From a virus (lineage: Duplodnaviria; Heunggongvirae; Uroviricota; Caudoviricetes): DNA of 4,591 bases. Where the stretch lies: the IMG/VR virus record IMGVR_UViG_2734482569_000010. The stretch is one strand, 5' to 3'. A model generated the notes under the pieces. It did no database searches. It worked only from the letters and a program-made list of their open reading frames with translations, and was not told the origin of the DNA. Made by a program: the position numbers and the translations under genes. Below are positions 1-4,591 of the stretch, piece by piece (the first letter of the stretch is position 1; each line of letters opens with the position of its first letter).

Positions 1-41
1 GCTTTGAACTCTTTAGAGTAACGTTGGGTTTTTCTGCTCAT
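1..41 (-). CDS. IS3-family transposase OrfA, N-terminal 14 codons only (continues beyond window start)
   Basis: Start ATG at 41-39 on the - strand, AGGAG 6 nt upstream; translation MSRKTQRYSKEFKA. All three + frames have stops within 1-60, so this stretch is not + coding. Confidence 0.55.
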   Translation of the reverse strand, partial: MSRKTQRYSKEFK

Positions 42-105
42 TATTAGCTCCTTCTGATGCCATTCTATTTCAGGAAGGAGTGTCCGTTAAACTCAGGCTA
101 CCTCA
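1..105 (-). mobile_element. Terminal segment of an IS3-family insertion sequence (IS600-like), truncated by the window edge; inferred IS terminus near 103-105
   Basis: The - strand carries a Shine-Dalgarno (GAAGGAG) and an ATG at 41-39 opening an ORF that reads MSRKTQRYSKEFKA and leaves the window, which I recognise as the N-terminus of IS3-family OrfA (IS600-type). Reverse complement of 76-105 reads TGAGGTAGCCTGAGTTTAACGGACACTCC, a TGA-initiated terminal inverted-repeat-like end. The exact boundary is uncertain by about 10 bp. Confidence 0.6.
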
Positions 106-782
106 GGTTATTCGCTTCTGGGCATGGGCGGATCAACAAATGATAGACGGTAATGCAGATTGTAACGCTCGCGGCGTTACAAAAAGTGCAATAGATCGCA
201 TCACTTTTATGTCTGGTTTTGCTGATGCGTTAATTCAGGTTGGATGGCTGGTCGAAAATGACGGAGGGCTTTCTCTACCTAACTTTGAACGTCATAACGG
301 AAAAAGCTCTAAAAAAAACGGGCGGTTACAAACGAGCGAGTAACAAAAATACGCGAACTGAAACGAAAAGGTAACGCTGCCAGCGTTACACAAACGGATC
401 AAAAAGCGTTACCAGAGGAAGAGGAAGAGGAAGATCTAAATACTGATCTCCCCCTCGCCAAAAACGAGCGTCTAAAAAATTCGAGCCGGAGGCTATTGAG
501 CTGCCCGATTGGTTGCCGGAAACACTCTGGCATGAGTGGGTCCGGTTCAGACAGGCATTGCGAAAACCGATTCGAACGGAGCAGGGCGCTAACGGGGCGA
601 TACGGGAACTGGAAAAATTCCGTCAGCAGGGTTTTACACCTGAGCAGGTGATTCGACACAGCATCGCCAATGAATACCAGGGCCTGTTCGCGCCGAAAGG
701 TGTTCGGCCTGAGACGTTGCTCCGACAGGTTAACACCGTCTCGTTGCCGGACAGTGCGATCCCGCCAGGCTTCAGGGGGTAA
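106..782 (+). pseudogene. Phage replication initiator/organizer protein (Rac YdaU-like) with DnaT-like C-terminal domain; 5' end removed by the IS insertion, two apparent -1 frameshifts
   Basis: Protein-like translation is continuous only by reading frame 2 (to stop at 341-343), then frame 1 (313 to about 476), then frame 0 (to TAA 780-782). The switches coincide with an A8 run (311-318) and an A6 run (474-479). The frame-0 segment has no ATG/GTG start or Shine-Dalgarno, only TTG at 513. The C-terminus ...VNTVSLPDSAIPPGFRG matches from memory the end of E. coli primosomal protein DnaT (...NTVSEPDSQIPPGFRG). The first ~9 residues of track ORF 80-343 are IS-derived. Confidence 0.6.
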
Positions 783-788
783 CGGACC

Positions 789-1516
789 ATGAAAAATATT
801 GCGACAGGCGGCGTTCTGGAACGCATCCGCCGACTGACCCCGCCACATGTAACCGCCCCATTCAGAACGGTAGCGGAGTGGCGCGAGTGGCAACTTGCTG
901 AAGGCCAGAAACGTAGCGAGGAGATCAACCGCCTGAATCGCCAGTTGCGGGTGGAAAAAATTCTGAATCGCTCAGGCATCCAGCCGTTGCACCGTAAATG
1001 CTCGTTTGCGAATTACCAGGTGCAGAACGACGGCCAGCGATACGCGTTAAGCCAGGCGAAATCCATCGCCGATGAACTGATGACCGGGTGTACAAATTTT
1101 GCGTTCAGCGGAAAACCTGGTACCGGGAAGAATCACTTAGCGGCAGCTATCGGGAATCGCCTGCTGAAAGACGGTCAGACAGTGATTGTGGTTACCGTGG
1201 CTGATGTTATGAGCGCCCTGCNNNNNNNNNNNNNNNNNNNNNNNNNNNNNNNNNNNNNNNNNNNNNNNNNNNNNNNNNNNNNNNNNNNNNNNNNNNNNNN
1301 NNNNNNNNNNNNNNNNNNNNNNNNNNNNNNNNNNNNNNNNNNNNNNNNNNNNNNNNNNNNNNNNNNNNNNNNNNNNNNNNNNNNNNNNNNNNNNNNNNNN
1401 NNNNNNNNNNNNNNNNNNNNNNNNNNNNNNNNNNNNNNNNNNNNNNNNNNNNNNNNNNNNNNNNNNNNNNNNNNNNNNNNNNNNNNNNNNNNNNNNNNNN
1501 NNNNNNNNNNNNNNNN
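789..1516 (+). CDS. DnaC/IstB-family AAA+ replicative helicase loader (Rac YdaV-like); 3' end lies inside the N-run and is not determinable
   Basis: ATG at 789, 6 nt after the upstream TAA. Walker A motif FSGKPGTGKNHLAAAIGNRL is present, and the N-terminal region resembles prophage DnaC-like proteins. Only 789-1221 is visible. No stop occurs in any frame in 1517-1535, so the stop must lie inside the masked region. The track ORF 789-1955 is an artefact of translating N as X. Confidence 0.8.
1222..1516. other. Run of 295 N (masked or unresolved sequence) inside the DnaC-like gene
   Basis: Directly visible. The length is roughly what is needed to finish a DnaC-sized protein of about 245 aa before the next gene at 1533, suggesting length-preserving masking rather than an arbitrary gap. 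Confidence 0.95.
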
Positions 1517-1532
1517 AGTTTCAGGAGGATTT

Positions 1533-1955
1533 ATGGCGAAACCTTTTACTCCCGAACAGCGGGAAGAACTGAAGACGCGAATTGTGGAACTCGTGCATCA
1601 GGACGGTCGGGTCACGATTCGGCAGTTGTCAGATGAAACAGGTATCAGTCGTGCGTCTGTCGGTCGCTTATGCATAGAACTGGTCGCAAGTGGTGATGTA
1701 TATAATTCTGGCTACGGCTTATTCCCGTCTGAACAGGCTCGCAAGGACTGGCAAAGCGCCCGCAAAAAACTCTCGAGAGTAAAGGTGAGGAAACCGGTTG
1801 TTGTTGATCCGGACCTTATCTGGTCATTACCTGACGGAGAAATACGCCGCTACGACAGGCGCCTGAATATAATCTGTCGCGAGTGCCGGAAGAGCGAAGC
1901 TATGCAGCGTGTACTGGCTTTCTATCAGGGTAATTTTCAGGAGGCGATACTGTGA
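1533..1955 (+). CDS. ren: Lambda Ren-like protein with a winged-HTH-like N-terminal extension
   Basis: AGGAGG at 1523-1528 then ATG at 1533; 141 aa ending at TGA 1953-1955. C-terminus ...ICRECRKSEAMQRVLAFYQG resembles the lambda Ren C-terminus (...KECRQSAAMKRVLAVYG, recalled from memory). The position immediately downstream of the P-analogous DnaC-like gene matches lambda ren. The N-terminal segment TIRQLSDETGISRASVGRLCIELVASG is HTH-like. Confidence 0.7.
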   Translation: MAKPFTPEQREELKTRIVELVHQDGRVTIRQLSDETGISRASVGRLCIELVASGDVYNSGYGLFPSEQARKDWQSARKKLSRVKVRKPVVVDPDLIWSLPDGEIRRYDRRLNIICRECRKSEAMQRVLAFYQGNFQEAIL

Positions 1956-2012
1956 ATGAAATTAGCTATCAGGCTTCAATTACCGCTGGCATTCGCATCA
2001 AAGGAGAGGAGC

Positions 2013-2369
2013 ATGGAAATAAAACCAGAAGATGAGTTAAGCAATATCGTTTTATTTCCGGTAAAAGAGGATGACCCTCGTAATCAGGTTAATTTTCTTT
2101 ATGAGCCATCGGAAAGACCATATTGCCATCACGCCTCTGTACGGGTTGACGAAAAAGAGCGTCAGGTCCGCTGTAAAATCTGCGGTGCGGTTGTGGAGCC
2201 GTTTGACTGGATGCTCTCTGTGGCAAAAAGAGAAACCAGACTGGCAGATGATGTAAGGCTATTGCGCCAGGAGGAACAGGAAAGGCGGAGAAATATAGAA
2301 AAGCTGATACAGATTGAGCGTAACGCGAAAGCGCGGATACGCAGGGCGACAAAATCCAGAACTGAATAA
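2013..2369 (+). CDS. Small hypothetical phage protein with Cys-x14-Cys-x2-Cys (possible zinc-binding) and a basic, coiled-coil-like C-terminus; alternative start at 1956
   Basis: ATG at 2013 follows a strong Shine-Dalgarno (AAGGAGAGGAG, 6-nt spacing). The frame is also open from ATG 1956, which abuts the upstream stop as TGAATG with AGGAGG 11 nt upstream. Sequence includes ...PYCHHASVRVDEKERQVRCKICGAV... and an Arg/Glu-rich tail. Stop is TAA 2367-2369. Confidence 0.65.
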   Translation: MEIKPEDELSNIVLFPVKEDDPRNQVNFLYEPSERPYCHHASVRVDEKERQVRCKICGAVVEPFDWMLSVAKRETRLADDVRLLRQEEQERRRNIEKLIQIERNAKARIRRATKSRTE

Positions 2370-2516
2370 TTAAATTTAGCACTGTTAAAAATTTAATCCT
2401 TAACCGGAGGGATTTCTGCACCCTCAAATCATCAGGAGACCACCCGAAAGGGCGGGGAGCAGTCACACATCTGTTTCCGATAGCCCCGTTCTAATGCTAC
2501 ACTCTTTGATATTTTT

Positions 2517-3203
2517 ATGACCCCAATAAACATATTTATGACAGTTGCTGATTTCAAACGGCCCAAATTGGAGCTCCCAAACGGGGCAAACAAACTACTA
2601 CTGCACTCTTGCTGTGCTCCATGTTCCGGTGAGGTGATGGAGGCGCTTCAGGCCTCGGGAATCGACTACACCATCTTTTTCTACAACCCGAACATTCATC
2701 CTCAGAAAGAGTATTTAATTCGTAAGGATGAGAATATTCGCTTTGCTGAACAACACGGCGTGCCGTTTATTGATGCTGATTACGACACAGACAACTGGTT
2801 TGAACGAGCCAAAGGAATGGAATGGGAGCCCGAACGAGGGATCCGTTGCACCATGTGTTTTGACATGCGTTTTGAGCGGACAGCGCTGTACGCCGCTGAA
2901 AATGGTTTCAGTGTGATCAGCAGTTCACTGGGCATTTCACGCTGGAAAAATATGCAGCAGGTTAACGACTGTGGGCGGCGAGCCGTCGCGCATTATCCGG
3001 GCATGGTGTACTGGGATTATAACTGGCGCAAGCAGGGCGGCTCGTCCCGTATGATTGAAATCAGCAAGCGCGAAAAATTCTATCAGCAGGAATATTGTGG
3101 CTGTGTGTATTCTCTGCGCGATACCAATCTACACCGCAAATCTCAGGGACGCCCTCTTATCAAAATTGGTCAACTCCACTACGGTAAAGAAGAGAAGGAG
3201 TGA
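2517..3203 (+). CDS. queH: Epoxyqueuosine reductase QueH (DUF208 family) homolog
   Basis: 228-aa ORF with the QueH signature motifs [25 protein letters not shown] and QEYCGCVYS, with the Cys pattern expected for its metal sites. The start is ambiguous between ATG 2517 and ATG 2538; neither has a clear Shine-Dalgarno. The frame is closed upstream by TAG at 2481-2483. Confidence 0.85.
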   Translation: MTPINIFMTVADFKRPKLELPNGANKLLLHSCCAPCSGEVMEALQASGIDYTIFFYNPNIHPQKEYLIRKDENIRFAEQHGVPFIDADYDTDNWFERAKGMEWEPERGIRCTMCFDMRFERTALYAAENGFSVISSSLGISRWKNMQQVNDCGRRAVAHYPGMVYWDYNWRKQGGSSRMIEISKREKFYQQEYCGCVYSLRDTNLHRKSQGRPLIKIGQLHYGKEEKE

Positions 3204-3224
3204 TTTTATGGGGCACCTTTCTGA

Positions 3225-3254
3225 TTGATTTCATATTGGCGAGGTAAGTAGAAT
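3225..3254 (+). promoter_or_regulatory. Putative sigma70 promoter P1 (TTGATT, 18-nt spacer, TAGAAT), predicted start site near 3261
   Basis: -35 TTGATT at 3225-3230 and -10 TAGAAT at 3249-3254, about 20 nt after the queH stop and pointing into the masked locus. Sequence pattern only. Confidence 0.4.
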
Positions 3255-3272
3255 GACTGCGGGTGCTTGAGG

Positions 3273-3309
3273 CTATCTGCTTCAGGCATGAACACCAAAA
3301 GGCAGATAG
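3273..3309. repeat. Perfect 8-bp inverted repeat CTATCTGC / GCAGATAG separated by 21 nt
   Basis: 3273-3280 is the exact reverse complement of 3302-3309. It lies in the predicted 5' leader of the P1 transcript. A third direct copy, GCAGATAG, occurs at 3760-3767. Confidence 0.55.
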
Positions 3310-3354
3310 AGAAAAGCCCCAGTTAACATTACGCGTCCGGCAAGACGCTTAACA

Positions 3355-3655
3355 NNNNNNNNNNNNNNNNNNNNNNNNNNNNNNNNNNNNNNNNNNNNNN
3401 NNNNNNNNNNNNNNNNNNNNNNNNNNNNNNNNNNNNNNNNNNNNNNNNNNNNNNNNNNNNNNNNNNNNNNNNNNNNNNNNNNNNNNNNNNNNNNNNNNNN
3501 NNNNNNNNNNNNNNNNNNNNNNNNNNNNNNNNNNNNNNNNNNNNNNNNNNNNNNNNNNNNNNNNNNNNNNNNNNNNNNNNNNNNNNNNNNNNNNNNNNNN
3601 NNNNNNNNNNNNNNNNNNNNNNNNNNNNNNNNNNNNNNNNNNNNNNNNNNNNNNN
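3355..3655. other. Run of 301 N (masked or unresolved sequence) between promoter P1 and the intrinsic terminator
   Basis: Directly visible. Content is unknown; the flanks suggest a short + strand transcription unit. Confidence 0.95.
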
Positions 3656-3679
3656 CATCCTCAACGCACCCGCACTTAA

Positions 3680-3722
3680 CCCGCCCATCGCTGTGATCTC
3701 TCAGCGTTTCGGCGGGTTTTTT
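3680..3722 (+). terminator. Rho-independent terminator: two-tier GC-rich hairpin followed by a T6 tract
   Basis: Outer stem CCCGCC (3680-3685) pairs with GGCGGG (3711-3716); inner stem CGCTG (3689-3693) pairs with CAGCG (3702-3706) around an 8-nt loop. TTTTTT follows at 3717-3722, then GTTGTTT. The T-tract is on the + strand only. Confidence 0.55.
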
Positions 3723-3742
3723 GTTGTTTATTTCCGGTGAAT

Positions 3743-3770
3743 TTGATTCGCGCACCTTCGCAGATAGAAT
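3743..3770 (+). promoter_or_regulatory. Putative sigma70 promoter P2 (TTGATT, 16-nt spacer, TAGAAT), near-duplicate of P1
   Basis: -35 TTGATT at 3743-3748 and -10 TAGAAT at 3765-3770, the same hexamers as P1, with ACT 2-3 nt after the -10 in both. Sits between the terminator and the ORF at 3852, giving a leader of about 75 nt. Confidence 0.4.
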
Positions 3771-3851
3771 CGACTCACTTAAGTAGCGCGCAGGGAGAAG
3801 AGGGATGGACCCCGAACAGGGGAGAGCTATTTATCTGGAAGGATTCTGAAG

Positions 3852-4139
3852 ATGAAAATCGAAGAATTGCGTGAAATTTTTAGTGAAAATGGCCTCTATG
3901 CTGTGCGCGTTGAGAATGGAGCGATTGTCAGCCATTGCCGCATTAGATGTTTGCAATCTCAACAAAGGAAGAGCGGTGCTGTGTTATTTTATTTTTGTAA
4001 TGGACTTCTGACGGACGGTTTTATTTTGCGTGAGGACGAATTTGTCACATCATTACGGGTTTTGAAAGAGATTGGTTTTAAGGCTGGTTTTCTGCTTTTG
4101 CTGAAGAATAAACTCATCTACAATCTTGAGCAGGATTGA
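3852..4139 (+). CDS. Hypothetical small protein (95 aa), AT-rich relative to its neighbours
   Basis: ATG at 3852 with GGAAGGA 8 nt upstream. Translation is protein-like with mixed hydrophobic and charged residues. Stop TGA at 4137-4139. No family recognised. Confidence 0.55.
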   Translation: MKIEELREIFSENGLYAVRVENGAIVSHCRIRCLQSQQRKSGAVLFYFCNGLLTDGFILREDEFVTSLRVLKEIGFKAGFLLLLKNKLIYNLEQD

Positions 4140-4177
4140 ACTCCTGCTGTGTAACACCGTGCCACCGGAGAAAGCCG

Positions 4178-4531
4178 ATGGCACATATACAACTGGTCAA
4201 ACAAACCTCTTCCGGATTACTTCTCCCGGCGACGCCGGAGAGTTGCGATTTTCTGCATCAAATCAAAATAGGTGAGTGGATACACGCAGACTTTAAGCGT
4301 GTGTGTAACTACGCATTCCACAAGCGTTTTTTCAAACTCCTGCAACTGGGTTTCGATTACTGGACTCCGGTCGGTGGGGCGATCACGCCTCGCGAACGAA
4401 AACTGGTGTCCGGTTTCGTTGATTACCTGTGTGAATCAGTAGGCCGGGAACATACGCCAGCTCTGAGCGAAGCCGCAGAGCAATTGAGGTGTACTGGCAA
4501 TAGCGGACACTACCATTTGTTCTTTTTTTAA
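4178..4531 (+). CDS. Hypothetical phage-associated protein (117 aa)
   Basis: The track ORF begins at TTG 4136, but ATG 4178 with GGAG 7 nt upstream is the more credible start. Translation MAHIQLVKQTSSGLLLPATPESCDFLHQIKIGEWIHADFKRVCNYAFHKRFFKLLQLGFDYWTPVGG... ends at TAA 4529-4531. No confident family assignment. Confidence 0.6.
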   Translation: MAHIQLVKQTSSGLLLPATPESCDFLHQIKIGEWIHADFKRVCNYAFHKRFFKLLQLGFDYWTPVGGAITPRERKLVSGFVDYLCESVGREHTPALSEAAEQLRCTGNSGHYHLFFF

Positions 4532-4591
4532 GCAGCCATCTGATGATATTTTTCCCTGAAGGCTGCCGGGGAGATATTCCCCAGACGAGAG

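Noticed and set aside
80-105. GTG start at 80 for the track ORF 80-343
   Set aside because: The first residues are encoded by the IS terminal sequence; the ORF is better explained as the downstream remnant of an IS-interrupted gene than as a gene starting here.
415-432. (GAGGAA)x3 tandem repeat
   Set aside because: It is in-frame coding for an acidic EEEEEE linker within the replication protein, not a regulatory repeat or CRISPR-like element.
399-979. Minus-strand track ORFs 399-893 and 623-979
   Set aside because: They lie antisense to the replication pseudogene and the DnaC-like gene, which have recognisable motifs on the + strand. The poly-Ser stretch is simply the antisense of the (GAGGAA)3 poly-Glu codons. 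No start context supports them.
789-1955. Single 388-aa ORF spanning the N-run
   Set aside because: This is an artefact of translating N as X. The visible sequence shows a DnaC-like gene entering the gap and a separate gene with its own Shine-Dalgarno and ATG at 1533.
2071-2466. Track ORFs 2071-2256 (+) and 2089-2466 (-)
   Set aside because: They are alternative-frame or antisense overlaps of the better-supported 2013-2369 gene, with no ribosome-binding site and low-complexity translations.
2728-2916. Track ORF 2728-2916 (+), 62 aa
   Set aside because: It is out of frame and entirely inside queH, whose frame carries the conserved motifs.
3355-3655. Possibility of a tRNA or retron-like ncRNA in the masked locus
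   Set aside because: It cannot be assessed: no tRNA-like cloverleaf or retron msr/msd features are visible in the flanks, and no reverse transcriptase gene is adjacent. The idea is kept only as a hypothesis in the findings.
3282-3755. Minus-strand track ORFs 3282-3755 and 3329-3688
   Set aside because: They are open mainly because the N-run translates as X. The visible ends overlap a + strand terminator and promoter region, and there is no independent support.
4532-4591. Inverted repeat GCAGCC-N23-GGCTGC and a possible ORF start at ATG 4543 (MMIFFPEGCRGDIPQTR...)
   Set aside because: The stem is short with a 23-nt loop and no following T-tract, so it is not a convincing terminator. The ORF has no Shine-Dalgarno and only about 16 codons are visible before the window ends.

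Overview
The window reads as the replication-to-nin region of a defective lambdoid (Rac-like) prophage from an Enterobacteriaceae genome, probably E. coli/Shigella; nearly all genes are on the + strand. Left to right: (i) the terminal ~105 bp of an IS3-family element (IS600-like), with its transposase orfA starting at 41 on the - strand and running off the window; (ii) the 3' remnant of a phage replication-initiator gene with a DnaT-like C-terminal domain, cut by the IS and carrying two apparent -1 frameshifts at poly-A runs; (iii) a DnaC/IstB-family helicase-loader gene whose 3' half is hidden by an N-run (1222-1516); (iv) a lambda Ren-like protein with a winged-HTH-like N-terminal extension; (v) a small Cys-containing basic protein; (vi) a clear QueH (DUF208) epoxyqueuosine-reductase homolog, an unusual cargo gene here; (vii) a promoter, an inverted repeat, a second N-run (3355-3655) and a good intrinsic terminator, which together suggest a small masked transcription unit; (viii) a second, near-identical promoter driving two small ORFs of unknown function. 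No tRNA, rRNA or CRISPR array is visible in unmasked sequence. The most interesting candidate is the accessory module from QueH through the two small ORFs. All family assignments rest on motif recognition and recall, not on searches, and both N-runs are unknowable from this window.
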